A stretch of 64,000 bases of DNA from a phage. Of the stretch, positions 54,446-64,000 are shown in pieces (position 1 is the stretch's first letter; each line of letters opens with the position of its first letter). The stretch lies in the sequence record PZ179880.1; one strand, written 5' to 3'. The notes beneath the pieces are model-generated. The model was given only the letters and a program-made list of their open reading frames with translations, was not told where the DNA came from and did no database searches. Position numbers and translations under genes: made by a program.

Positions 54446-57400
54446 ATGGCCGAGATTAAAAGAAAGTTCAGAGCAGAAGACGGTCTGGACGCAGGTGGCG
54501 ATAAAATAATCAATGTAGCTTTAGCTGATCGTACCGTAGGAACTGACGGTGTTAACGTTGATTACTTAATTCAAGAAAACACAGTTCAACAATATGATCC
54601 AACTCGTGGATATTTAAAAGATTTTGTAATCATTTATAATAATCGTTTTTGGGCAGCAACGGATAATATTCCAAAACCTGCTGGAAGTTTTAATAGAATT
54701 CGTTGGAAAGCATTACGTACTGATGCCGTATATACAACCGTATCATCTGGACCATATCAATTAAAATCCGGAGAAGCAATTTCAGTAGATACATCAGTTG
54801 GTAATGACATTGAGTTTAATTTACCGCCTTCTCCGCTTGATGGAGAAACCGTAATAATTCAAGATATTGGTGGAAAACCTGGTATAAATCAGGTTAAAAT
54901 AAATTCTTCAAATCAGAGTATTGTTAATTTTAGAGGTGAACAAGTACGTTCAGTTCTAATGACTCATCCAAAGTCACAGATGATATTCATTTTTAATAAT
55001 CGTTTGTGGCAAATGTATGTTGCTGATTATAGCAGAGAAGCTGCGATTGTTACTCCATCGACTGCATATCAAGCACAATCTAATGATTTTATCGTGCGTA
55101 GATTTACTTCCGCTGCGCCGATTAATATTAAACTTCCGAGATTTGCTAATCATGGCGATATTATTAATTTCGTTGATTTAGATAAATTAAATCCACTTTA
55201 TCATACAATTGTCACGACATATGATGAAACAACTTCAGTACAAGAAGTTGGAACTCATTCTATTGAAGGCCGTACATCGATTGACGGTTTCTTGATGTTT
55301 GATGATAATGAAAAATTATGGAGATTGTTTGACGGGGATAGTAAAGCGCGTTTACGCATTATAACAACTAATTCTAATATTCGTCCAAATGAAGAAGTTA
55401 TGGTATTTGGAGCGAATAACGGAACAACCCAAACAATTGAACTTCAGCTTCCAACTGATATTTCCATTGGTGATACTGTTAAAATTTCCATGAATTACAT
55501 GAGAAAAGGACAAACAGTTAAAATCAAAGCTGCTGGTGAAGATAAAATTGCTTCTTCAGTTCAATTGCTGCAATTCCCAAAACGCTCAGAATATCCACCT
55601 GAAGCTGAATGGGTGACTGTCCAAGAATTAGTTTTCAATGGTGAAACTAATTATGTTCCGGTTTTACAACTTGCTTATATAGAAGATTCTGACGGAAAAT
55701 ACTGGGTTGTACAACAAAACGTTCCAACGGTTGAAAGAGTCGATTCTTTAAATAATTCTACTAGAGCAAGATTAGGCGTAATTGCTTTAGCTACACAAGC
55801 TCAAGCAAATGCTGATTTAGAAAATTCTCCGCAAAAAGAATTAGCAATTACACCAGAAACATTAGCTAACCGTACTGCTACAGAAACTCGTAGAGGTATC
55901 GCAAGAATAGCAACTACTGCTCAAGTAAATCAGAACACTACATTCTCTTTTGCTGATGACCTTATCATCACTCCTAAAAAGCTGAATGAAAGAACTGCTA
56001 CAGAAACTCGTAGAGGCGTTGCTGAAATTGCCACGCAACAAGAAACTAATACAGGTACTGATGATACTACAATCATCACTCCTAAAAAGCTTCAAGCTCG
56101 TCAAGGTTCTGAATCATTATCTGGTATTGTAACCTTTGTATCTACTGCAGGAGCTACTCCAGCTTCTAGTCGTGAATTAAATGGTACAAATGTTTATAAT
56201 AAAAACACTAATAATTTAGTTGTTTCGCCTAAAGCTTTGGATCAGTATAAAGCTACTCCAACGCAACAAGGTGCAGTAATTTTAGCAGTTGAAAGTGAAG
56301 TAATTGCTGGACAAAGCCAAGAAGGATGGGCAAATGCGGTTGTAACGCCAGAAACGTTACATAAAAAGACATCAACTGATGCAAGAATTGGTTTAATTGA
56401 AATTGCTACGCAAAGTGAAGTTAATACAGGAACTGATTATACTCGTGCAGTCACTCCTAAAACTTTAAATGACCGTAAAGCAACTGAAAGTTTAAGTGGT
56501 ATAGCTGAAATTGCTACACAAGTTGAATTCGACGCAGGCGTCGACGATACTCGTATCTCTACACCATTAAAAATTAAAACCAGATTTAATAGTACTGATC
56601 GTACTTCTGTTGTTGCTCTATCTGGATTAGTTGAATCAGGAACTCTCTGGGACCATTATACCCTTAATATTCTTGAAGCAAATGAGACACAGCGTGGTAC
56701 ACTTCGTGTGGCTACGCAAGTTGAAGCTGCTGCAGGAACATTGGATAATGTTCTAATAACTCCTAAAAAGCTTTTAGGTACTAAATCTACTGAAGCGCAG
56801 GAAGGCGTTATTAAAGTTGCAACTCGGTCTGAAACTGTAGCTGGAACGTCAGCAAATACTGCTGTATCTCCAAAAAATTTAAAATGGATTGTGCAGAGTG
56901 AACCTACTTGGGCAGCTACTACTGCGATAAGAGGTTTTGTTAAAACCTCATCTGGTTCAATTACGTTCGTTGGTAATGATACAGCTGGTTCTACGCAGGA
57001 CTTAGAACTATATGAGAAAAATAACTATGCAGTATCACCATATGAATTAAACCGCGTATTAGCAAATTATTTGCCGTTAAAAGCAAAAGCTGTAGATAGT
57101 AATTTATTAGATGGTTTAGATTCACTCCAGTTCATTCGTAGGGATATTGCGCAGACGGTTAATGGTTCACTAACCTTAACACAGCAAACGAATCTGAGTG
57201 CCCCTCTTGTATCATCTAGTACTGCTACATTTGGTGGATCAGTTTCAGCAAATAGTACATTAACTATTTCTAATACTGGAACGGCAACTCGTCTGATTTT
57301 TGAGAAAGGACCTCAAACTGGAACAAACCCGGCTCAAACGATGACAGTCAGAGTGTGGGGAAATCAATTTAGTGGGGAGTCAGACACAACACGTTCTACT

Positions 57401-58315
57401 GTATTTGAAGTTAGTGATGAAACTTCTAGTCATTTTTATTCTCAGCGTAATAAAGCTGGTAATATAACATTTAATATCAACGGTACAGTAACACCGATAA
57501 ATGTGAATGCTTCAGGAACATTGAATGCGAATGGCGTTGCAACATTTGGTAATTCAGTCACTGCAACTGGTGAAATTATTTCTCGAAGCGCAAATGCTTT
57601 CCGTGCTATTAATGGAAATTACGGTTTCATTATTCGTAATGACGGGTCAGTAACGAATTTTATGCTTACTGCATCAGGCAATCAAACTGGTGGATTTAAT
57701 GGATTGCGTCCATTGTCCATTAATAATCAATCTGGGCAGGTCACAATTGGTGAAAGCTTGATCATTGCTAAAGGTGCTACTATAAATTCAGGTGGTTTAA
57801 CTGTTAACTCGAGAATTCGTTCTCAAGGTGTTAAAACATCTGATTTATATACCCGCGCTCCGACATCTGATACCGTAGGATTCTGGTCAATCGATATTAA
57901 TGATTCAGCCACTTATAACCAGTTCCCGGGTTATTTTAAAATGGTTGAAAAAACTAATGAAGTTACTGGACTTCCATACTTAGAACGTGGCGAAGAAGTT
58001 AAATCTCCTGGTACATTGACTCAGTTTGGTAACACACTTGATTCACTTTACCAAGATTGGATTACTTATCCAACGACTCCAGAAGCACGTACCACTCGCT
58101 GGACACGTACATGGCAAAAAACTAAAAACTCTTGGTCAAGTTTTGTTCAGGTATTTGACGGAGGTAACCCTCCTCAACCTTCAGATATAGGAGCGATCCC
58201 ATCTGATAATGGAATAATAGGTAATCTTACTATTCGTGATTTCTTACGAATTGGTAATGTTCGCATTATTCCTGACCCAGTGAATAAAACTGTTAAATTT
58301 GAATGGGTTGAATAA
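54446..58315 (+). CDS. 34: Long tail fiber proximal subunit gp34
   Basis: 1289-aa ORF (T4 gp34 length); internal tail-fibre repeat motifs; late promoter upstream. Confidence 0.93.
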   Translation: MAEIKRKFRAEDGLDAGGDKIINVALADRTVGTDGVNVDYLIQENTVQQYDPTRGYLKDFVIIYNNRFWAATDNIPKPAGSFNRIRWKALRTDAVYTTVSSGPYQLKSGEAISVDTSVGNDIEFNLPPSPLDGETVIIQDIGGKPGINQVKINSSNQSIVNFRGEQVRSVLMTHPKSQMIFIFNNRLWQMYVADYSREAAIVTPSTAYQAQSNDFIVRRFTSAAPINIKLPRFANHGDIINFVDLDKLNPLYHTIVTTYDETTSVQEVGTHSIEGRTSIDGFLMFDDNEKLWRLFDGDSKARLRIITTNSNIRPNEEVMVFGANNGTTQTIELQLPTDISIGDTVKISMNYMRKGQTVKIKAAGEDKIASSVQLLQFPKRSEYPPEAEWVTVQELVFNGETNYVPVLQLAYIEDSDGKYWVVQQNVPTVERVDSLNNSTRARLGVIALATQAQANADLENSPQKELAITPETLANRTATETRRGIARIATTAQVNQNTTFSFADDLIITPKKLNERTATETRRGVAEIATQQETNTGTDDTTIITPKKLQARQGSESLSGIVTFVSTAGATPASSRELNGTNVYNKNTNNLVVSPKALDQYKATPTQQGAVILAVESEVIAGQSQEGWANAVVTPETLHKKTSTDARIGLIEIATQSEVNTGTDYTRAVTPKTLNDRKATESLSGIAEIATQVEFDAGVDDTRISTPLKIKTRFNSTDRTSVVALSGLVESGTLWDHYTLNILEANETQRGTLRVATQVEAAAGTLDNVLITPKKLLGTKSTEAQEGVIKVATRSETVAGTSANTAVSPKNLKWIVQSEPTWAATTAIRGFVKTSSGSITFVGNDTAGSTQDLELYEKNNYAVSPYELNRVLANYLPLKAKAVDSNLLDGLDSLQFIRRDIAQTVNGSLTLTQQTNLSAPLVSSSTATFGGSVSANSTLTISNTGTATRLIFEKGPQTGTNPAQTMTVRVWGNQFSGESDTTRSTVFEVSDETSSHFYSQRNKAGNITFNINGTVTPINVNASGTLNANGVATFGNSVTATGEIISRSANAFRAINGNYGFIIRNDGSVTNFMLTASGNQTGGFNGLRPLSINNQSGQVTIGESLIIAKGATINSGGLTVNSRIRSQGVKTSDLYTRAPTSDTVGFWSIDINDSATYNQFPGYFKMVEKTNEVTGLPYLERGEEVKSPGTLTQFGNTLDSLYQDWITYPTTPEARTTRWTRTWQKTKNSWSSFVQVFDGGNPPQPSDIGAIPSDNGIIGNLTIRDFLRIGNVRIIPDPVNKTVKFEWVE
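55840..56890 (+). repeat. Tail-fibre repeat array within gene 34
   Basis: Recurrent ~39-aa units (TPETLANRTATETRRGIARIAT / TPKKLNERTATETRRGVAEIAT / TPKTLNDRKATESLSGIAEIAT ...), with matching DNA strings such as ctgctacagaaactcgtagagg repeated ~117 bp apart; approximate bounds. Confidence 0.75.
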
Positions 58316-58323
58316 GAGGTATT

Positions 58324-59439
58324 ATGGAAAAATTTATGGCAGAGTTTGGACAAGGATATGTCCAAACGCCATTTTTATCGGAAAGCAATTCAGTAAGATA
58401 TAAAATAAGCATAGCGGGCTCTTGCCCGCTTTCTACTGCAGGGCCATATGTTAAATTTCAGGATAATCCCGTTGGAAATCAAACATTTAGTGCAGGTCTT
58501 CATTTAAGAGTTTTTGACCCTTCTACGGGAGCATTAGTTGATAGTAAGTCATATGCTTTTTCTGCTTCAAACAATACAACATCTGCCGCTTTTGTCAGTT
58601 TTATGAATTCTTTGTCAAACAATAGACTTGTTGCTATATTAACTAGCGGAAAGGTTAATTTTCCTCCTGAAGTGGTATCTTGGTTAAGGGGAGCAGGAAC
58701 TTCAGTTTTTCCATCAGATTCAGTATTGTCAAGATTTGACGTATCATATGCTGCTTTTTATACTTCTTCTAAAAGAGCTATTGCATTAGAGCATGTTAAA
58801 CTAAGTAATAGAAAAAGCACAGATGATTATCAAACTATTTTAGATGTTGTATTTGATAGTTTAGAAGACGTCGGAGCTACGGGATTTCCTAAAAGAACAT
58901 ATGAAAGTGTCGAGCAATTTATGTCAGCGGTTGGTGGAACTAACAACGAAATTGCGCGATTGCCAACTTCAGCTGCTATAAGTAAACTATCTGATTATAA
59001 TTTAATTCCTGGTGATGTTCTTTATCTTAAAGCACAGTTATATGCTGATGCTGATTTACTTGATCTTGGAACTACAAATATATCTATCCGTTTTTATAAT
59101 GCATCAAATGGATATATTTCTTCAACACAGGCTGAGTTTACTGGGCAAGCTGGGTCATGGGAATTAAAGGAAGATTATGTAGTTGTTCCTGAAAATGCAG
59201 TCGGATTTACTATATATGCGCAGAGAACTGCTCAAGCTGGTCAAGGCGGAATGAGGAATTTAAGCTTTTCTGAAGTATCAAGAAATGGCGGCATTTCAAA
59301 ACCTGCCGAATTTGGCGTCAACGGTATTCGTGTTAATTATGTCTGTGAATCGGCTTCACCTCCAGATATAATGGTACTTCCTACACAAGCCTCTTCTAAA
59401 ACTGGCAAAGTGTTTGGGCAAGAATTTAGAGAAGTTTAA
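58324..59439 (+). CDS. 35: Long tail fiber hinge (knee) protein gp35
   Basis: 371-aa ORF, T4 gp35 position and near-identical length. Confidence 0.9.
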   Translation: MEKFMAEFGQGYVQTPFLSESNSVRYKISIAGSCPLSTAGPYVKFQDNPVGNQTFSAGLHLRVFDPSTGALVDSKSYAFSASNNTTSAAFVSFMNSLSNNRLVAILTSGKVNFPPEVVSWLRGAGTSVFPSDSVLSRFDVSYAAFYTSSKRAIALEHVKLSNRKSTDDYQTILDVVFDSLEDVGATGFPKRTYESVEQFMSAVGGTNNEIARLPTSAAISKLSDYNLIPGDVLYLKAQLYADADLLDLGTTNISIRFYNASNGYISSTQAEFTGQAGSWELKEDYVVVPENAVGFTIYAQRTAQAGQGGMRNLSFSEVSRNGGISKPAEFGVNGIRVNYVCESASPPDIMVLPTQASSKTGKVFGQEFREV

Positions 59440-59444
59440 ACTGA

Positions 59445-59462
59445 GGGAGCCTTCGGGTTCCC
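59445..59462 (+). terminator. Terminator after gene 35
   Basis: GGGAGCC-TTCG-GGTTCCC (one G-U wobble) followed by TTTTTCTTT. Confidence 0.75.
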
Positions 59463-59470
59463 TTTTTCTT

Positions 59471-59478
59471 TATAAATA
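59471..59478 (+). promoter_or_regulatory. T4-type late promoter for gene 36
   Basis: Exact TATAAATA after the gene 35 terminator, ~24 nt upstream of the gene 36 ATG. Confidence 0.7.
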
Positions 59479-59501
59479 ATATTAAAATAAAGGGGCATAT
59501 A

Positions 59502-60152
59502 ATGGCTGATTTAAAAGTAGGTTCAACTGTGGGTGGATCTGTCATTTGGCATCAAGGAAATTTTCCATTGAATTCAGCCGGTGACGATGTACTCTACAAA
59601 TCATTTAAAATATATTCAGAATATAATAAACCACAGGCAGCTGATAACGATTTCGTTTCTAAAGCTAATGGTGGTACTTACACCGGTCCAATTACTATTA
59701 ATTACGGGGTAAATAGTTATCTTCAATTAAGTAATAATGAAACCCCTATCCGAATTCGTTCTGGTGGCGGCACCGGTAATACTCTTGTAATCGGTGGCTC
59801 TTCTGGTGGTATTAGTTTTAGACCTGCAGGTAGTGAAATCACTACTGGACAAATTACTATTACGCCAGAAGGTTTGACAACATTCACTAAAGCTGTAAAG
59901 GCTCCATCTGTAACTGTTACATCTACTCCTTCCGCAGCATCAGATGCTACTCGTAAAGATTATGTTGATGGAGCAATAAATACTGTTACAGCAAATGCAA
60001 ACTCTAGAGTGTTACGATCTGGTGACACCATGACAGGAAATTTAACTGCGCCAAACCTTTTTTCACAGAATCCTGCATCTCAACCTTCACACGTTCCACG
60101 ATTTGACCAAATCGTAATTAAGGATTCTGTTCAAGATTTCGGCTATTATTAA
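59502..60152 (+). CDS. 36: Long tail fiber distal connector gp36
   Basis: 216-aa ORF; late promoter upstream; T4 gp36 position. Confidence 0.9.
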   Translation: MADLKVGSTVGGSVIWHQGNFPLNSAGDDVLYKSFKIYSEYNKPQAADNDFVSKANGGTYTGPITINYGVNSYLQLSNNETPIRIRSGGGTGNTLVIGGSSGGISFRPAGSEITTGQITITPEGLTTFTKAVKAPSVTVTSTPSAASDATRKDYVDGAINTVTANANSRVLRSGDTMTGNLTAPNLFSQNPASQPSHVPRFDQIVIKDSVQDFGYY

Positions 60153-60160
60153 GAGGACTT

Positions 60161-63112
60161 ATGGCTACTTTAAAACAAATACAATTTAAAAGAAGCAAAA
60201 CCGCAGGTCAACTTCCTGCTGCTTCAGTATTAGCCGAAGGTGAATTGGCTATTAATTTAAAAGATAAAACAATTTTCACAAAAGATGACTCAGGCAATGT
60301 TATAGAATTAGGTTTAAAATATGGAGGAACAATTGATGGTTCTTTAACTGTTAATGGAAATATAATTGGAAATTTAACAGGTAACGCTGCAACTGCAACG
60401 AAATTAAAAACAGCACGAAAAATTAATGGTATATCCTTTGATGGGTCAAAAGATATCACGCTAACTCCATCTGACATAAATGTCAATAGCACAACATTTA
60501 TAAAAAATAACGGCGAATTACCTGTTGATGCTAATTTAGATGAGTACGGGCCTGTTGAAGAATATCTTGGAGTTTGGTCGAAAGCAACTTCAACCAACGC
60601 TCAACCAGCAAATAAATTTCCAGAAGAAAATGCTGTAGGTGTGCTAGAAGTATTTGTAGCCGGTCAATTTGCTGGTACTCAGAGATATACAACTAGATAC
60701 GGAAATGTTTATATTCGTTCCTTGACTGCTACATGGAACGGAGTAAATGGTCCGTGGAGTGTGTGGCGAAATATTCAATCCGGTACTCGTCCACTGTCAA
60801 CAACAATTGATCTTAATGATCTAGGAGGCGCTGAACACTTTGGTTTGTGGCGAAATAGTTCAAATTCCATTGCTACCTTTGACAGAAATTTCCCAGAAGA
60901 GGGGTCGTCAGCTAAAGGTCTTTTGGAAGTATATGAAGGGGGAAGCTATTCTCGTACACAAAGATATACAACCATGTTTGGTGTTGTTTATACTCGCTGT
61001 CTTACTGCTGCGTGGGATGCTTCTGCGCCTAAATGGGGACCGTGGCAACAAGTCGGTAATGTCACACCAGCGACTTTTTATGATGGAGATCTGAATGATT
61101 TTAAAACTCCTGGGTTATATAATATTTTAGGCACTGATGCCGTTATTAATTGTCCTACAGGCGAAGGTTTACCAGCCGTTATTGTTGGTTTGCTGGAAGT
61201 TAAACAGCGTGCTTCTGGCGGTGCTATTTTCCAAAAATTTACTACTGCCGGAACAGGTGCAACTACTCGCGATCGTATTTTTGAGCGTGCATATACTGGT
61301 GGTGCGTGGGGTGCATGGAACGAAGTATATACATCTTATTCTCTGCCAATTACTTTGGGTATGGGTGGCATTAAAGCTCAATTAGCGGAGTTAGATTGGC
61401 AAACCTTTGATTTTGTCCCTGGTAGTATGTTTAGCGTTCCTTTGAATAAAATAAAGAACATGCCAGCAAATATGAATTGGGGGACGATTGATGGAAACTT
61501 GGTTATGTTTTCTGTCGGTCCTAGCGAGCATACTGGCACAGGGCGTACTGTTCAGGTTTGGCGTGGTACTGTATCCCAGACAAACTACCGTTATTTTGTC
61601 GTTCGTGTATTCGGTAATTCAGGAAATAGAACTTGCACAGTTCGTCGTGTTGTTCTTGAAGACGGATCACATACTTGGACTGCTCAACAAAACTTTAGAG
61701 GATTGTTGAATATCACTGCTGTTGTTAATCTTGGCGCTAATCAGAAAATTTCACTTGCTCCAGGAGCATATATTCAAGCCCCTGCTAGCGGTTCTGGTTC
61801 TAATACTTACGCAAATCAGAATACTACTATTGCGCCATTATATCAGGCCATTGACGATTCAAATAAAAACCAGTTTGCTCCTATTGTAAAACAGAAAAAC
61901 ACTGTAACAAATATTACTATGGCTTCTGGTATGGATATTGCTAGTTCAGAATATCGTATCATTGCTCAAGGTGATTTATCCGCTACTGGAACTACAGCTA
62001 ATGAATTAGCTACATGGCGTTTCTTGCCGTCTGGCCGATTCATGTCACAAAGCCGAGTTTATGCTGGCGCAGCATTCTTGAACACTGATGGTAACATTGC
62101 TGGTTCAATCTGGAAGAAATACAACAATGCAACCAACTTAGACGCTGCTTTGAATACTCGCGTAGGTAAAAGCGGTGATACGATGACAGGTCGGTTAACA
62201 ATCAATGCACCTAATGATGTTATTGTATTATCAACAACTGCTAGTAATTCTTTGTATATTCGCGGTGATATAGACGGGACTGGTAACTGGTATATTGGTA
62301 GGGGTGGTGGTGATGATAATGGATTAGCGTTCCATAGTTATGCTAATAATGCTGGTGTATACATTACAAACAATGGTGAGATTGCGTTAAACCCGCAAAA
62401 TACCGCAATGGTTAACGTTAACCGTGACCGTGTACGCATTAACGGTTCTGGATGGATTGCTAGACAACCGGGTGATTGGGGCAACCAATGGCGAGTAGAA
62501 GCTCCATTATTCGTTGATCATGGTTATGTTTCACCGGATTGTTATTATCCAATTATTAAAGGAAGAAGTGTAATCACCAATCAAGGATATAGCACCGCTG
62601 TTGACTTTGGTATGCGTCGTATTCCATCACAGTGGGGGCAAGCAATCATTCGTGTCGGATCCACGGAGGCTTCTCCTGATGCTGGACACCCACAAGCTGT
62701 GTTTGAATTCCATCATGATGGATTCTTTTATACACCAGGAAATGGTAGCTTTAGCGATGTGTATATTCGTTCTGACTCCCGTCTCAAGATTAATAAAGAA
62801 GAATTAGAATATGGAGCAGTCGAAAAAGTTTGCCGACTGAAAGTTTATATTTACGATAAAGTTAAGTCTATTAAAGACCGTAGTGTTATTAAACGTGAAG
62901 TTGGTATTATTGCTCAGGACCTTGAAAAGGAATTACCGGAAGCTGTATCTAAGGTTGAAGTTGATGGATCTGATGTTCTGACAATTTCTAACTCTGCTGT
63001 GAATGCTCTTTTAATTAAGGCTATTCAGGAAATGAATGAAGAAATTAAAGAATTGAAAACGCCTCTCTTTACTAAAATTGCTCGCAAAATTAGTAAATAT
63101 TTTAAATTCTAA
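60161..63112 (+). CDS. 37: Long tail fiber distal subunit gp37 with C-terminal intramolecular-chaperone-like domain
   Basis: 983-aa ORF; N-terminus similar to gp36/gp37 joining region; C-terminal ~120 aa resemble the auto-processed chaperone domains of other phage fibres. Confidence 0.9.
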   Translation: MATLKQIQFKRSKTAGQLPAASVLAEGELAINLKDKTIFTKDDSGNVIELGLKYGGTIDGSLTVNGNIIGNLTGNAATATKLKTARKINGISFDGSKDITLTPSDINVNSTTFIKNNGELPVDANLDEYGPVEEYLGVWSKATSTNAQPANKFPEENAVGVLEVFVAGQFAGTQRYTTRYGNVYIRSLTATWNGVNGPWSVWRNIQSGTRPLSTTIDLNDLGGAEHFGLWRNSSNSIATFDRNFPEEGSSAKGLLEVYEGGSYSRTQRYTTMFGVVYTRCLTAAWDASAPKWGPWQQVGNVTPATFYDGDLNDFKTPGLYNILGTDAVINCPTGEGLPAVIVGLLEVKQRASGGAIFQKFTTAGTGATTRDRIFERAYTGGAWGAWNEVYTSYSLPITLGMGGIKAQLAELDWQTFDFVPGSMFSVPLNKIKNMPANMNWGTIDGNLVMFSVGPSEHTGTGRTVQVWRGTVSQTNYRYFVVRVFGNSGNRTCTVRRVVLEDGSHTWTAQQNFRGLLNITAVVNLGANQKISLAPGAYIQAPASGSGSNTYANQNTTIAPLYQAIDDSNKNQFAPIVKQKNTVTNITMASGMDIASSEYRIIAQGDLSATGTTANELATWRFLPSGRFMSQSRVYAGAAFLNTDGNIAGSIWKKYNNATNLDAALNTRVGKSGDTMTGRLTINAPNDVIVLSTTASNSLYIRGDIDGTGNWYIGRGGGDDNGLAFHSYANNAGVYITNNGEIALNPQNTAMVNVNRDRVRINGSGWIARQPGDWGNQWRVEAPLFVDHGYVSPDCYYPIIKGRSVITNQGYSTAVDFGMRRIPSQWGQAIIRVGSTEASPDAGHPQAVFEFHHDGFFYTPGNGSFSDVYIRSDSRLKINKEELEYGAVEKVCRLKVYIYDKVKSIKDRSVIKREVGIIAQDLEKELPEAVSKVEVDGSDVLTISNSAVNALLIKAIQEMNEEIKELKTPLFTKIARKISKYFKF

Positions 63113-63118
63113 CAGCAA

Positions 63119-63134
63119 GGGGGAAATTTCCCCC
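63119..63134 (+). terminator. Hairpin after gene 37
   Basis: GGGGGAAATTTCCCCC palindrome followed by TTTGG, between 37 and 38. Confidence 0.6.
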
Positions 63135-63149
63135 TTTGGAGTATAAATT

Positions 63150-63932
63150 ATGGCAGTAGTTGGAGTTCCTGGCTGGATTGGAAGTTCAGCCGTAAATGAA
63201 ACGGGACAGCGCTGGATGAGTCAAGCGGCTGGTCAATTAAGATTGGGTGTTCCTTGCTGGATGAGTCAATTTGCAGGTCGCTCACGAGAAATTATTCACA
63301 CGCTTGGAGCAGACCATAACTTCAATGGTCAATGGTTCCGAGATAGATGTTTTGAGGCAGGTAGTGCACCTATAGTGTTTAATATCACTGGAGATTTAGT
63401 ATCATATTCTAAAGATGTTCCTTTATTCTTCATGTACGGAGATACACCGAATGAATATGTTCAGTTGAACATACATGGTGTAACGATGTATGGCCGTGGC
63501 GGGAATGGCGGTAGCAATAGTCCTGGCTCAGCTGGGGGTCATTGTATTCAAAATGATATTGGTGGGAGACTAAGAATTAATAATGGCGGAGCTATTGCTG
63601 GCGGCGGTGGCGGTGGCGGCGGCGGGTATTATTCTCCTTTTTCACAAATGAGATTGACCTTTGGCGGTGGCGGCGGTCGTCCGTTTGGCGCACCGGGCGG
63701 ATCTATTGATATGCAATCAGGAGCAACTGCTGGTACTATTTCTTCGCCAGGCGCAGGGTCTGTGAACGGTATCTACAACGGCGGGTCTGGTGGTGAAGTT
63801 GGCTCCGCAGGAGGTAGATGTAATATTCGTGGTCAAGGATATGAATACGATGGCGGAGCTGCTGGTTATGCCGTCATAGGGTCTACACCGACATGGCAAA
63901 ACGTTGGAGCAATATATGGTCCAAGAGTATAA
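63150..63932 (+). CDS. 38: Receptor-recognising adhesin gp38 (T2 type, glycine-rich motifs)
   Basis: 260-aa ORF; poly-Gly motifs ([23 protein letters not shown]) separating variable segments, typical of T2-type gp38 adhesins rather than the 183-aa T4 chaperone. Confidence 0.88.
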   Translation: MAVVGVPGWIGSSAVNETGQRWMSQAAGQLRLGVPCWMSQFAGRSREIIHTLGADHNFNGQWFRDRCFEAGSAPIVFNITGDLVSYSKDVPLFFMYGDTPNEYVQLNIHGVTMYGRGGNGGSNSPGSAGGHCIQNDIGGRLRINNGGAIAGGGGGGGGGYYSPFSQMRLTFGGGGGRPFGAPGGSIDMQSGATAGTISSPGAGSVNGIYNGGSGGEVGSAGGRCNIRGQGYEYDGGAAGYAVIGSTPTWQNVGAIYGPRV

Positions 63933-63962
63933 TTTGAATAAATATCCTTAAAAGGAGGGTCT

Positions 63963-64000
63963 ATGGCAGCACCTAGAATATCATTTTCGCCCTCTGATAT
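63963..64000 (+). CDS. t: Holin T, N-terminal fragment (truncated by window end)
   Basis: Begins MAAPRISFSPSD, the recalled T4 holin T N-terminus; only 12 codons in the window. Confidence 0.7.
   Translation, partial: MAAPRISFSPSD

Noticed and set aside
60208-61385. Several minus- and plus-strand ORFs inside gene 37
   Set aside because: All overlap the long tail-fibre gene in alternative frames; no independent support.
63141-63148. TATAAATT immediately upstream of the gene 38 ATG, considered as a late promoter
   Set aside because: One mismatch to the consensus and it abuts the start codon, leaving no room for a 5-prime UTR; more likely spacer between the GGAG RBS and the ATG.
63590-63700. 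GGC/GGT-rich repetitive DNA, considered as a possible simple-sequence repeat or CRISPR-like array
   Set aside because: It is in frame within gp38 and encodes the poly-Gly motifs of the adhesin; there are no spacer-repeat units.

Overview
This 64-kb window is a contiguous, densely packed segment of a T4-like (T-even, Tevenvirinae) myophage genome, running from the start codon of terminase large-subunit gene 17 to the first codons of holin gene t. Identification rests on reading the six-frame translations against remembered T4 protein sequences, lengths and gene order; no alignment or database search was run, and the ORF track opens some ORFs at non-ATG codons, so several starts were re-set by eye. 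Left to right: head and tail genes on the + strand (17, 18, 19, 20, 67, 68, 21, 22, 23, 24); a leftward block (rnlB, 24.2, 24.3, hoc, inh); uvsW/uvsW.1 (+); uvsY and baseplate genes 25/26 (-); baseplate/tail genes 51, 27, 28, 29, 48, 54 (+); then a long leftward early/middle block (two Alt ADP-ribosyltransferase paralogs, DNA ligase 30, small 30.x ORFs, rIII, 31, cd, pseT, spanins, alc, rnlA, denA, nrdB, an HNH endonuclease, nrdA, td, frd, 32, 59, 33, dsbA, rnh); and finally long-tail-fiber genes 34-38 (+). Differences from T4 as I remember it point to a T2/T6-type relative: td and nrdB are intron-less, Hoc carries an extra Ig-like domain, gp38 is the glycine-rich adhesin type, and gp37 ends in a chaperone-like domain. 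I found no tRNA genes, CRISPR arrays or integrase. I see no compelling evidence for a wholly new multi-gene system; the best leads are the tandem Alt paralogs, the HAD-phosphatase/NADAR pair, a small basic ORF inserted at the frd-td junction, and clusters of uncharacterised small ORFs.
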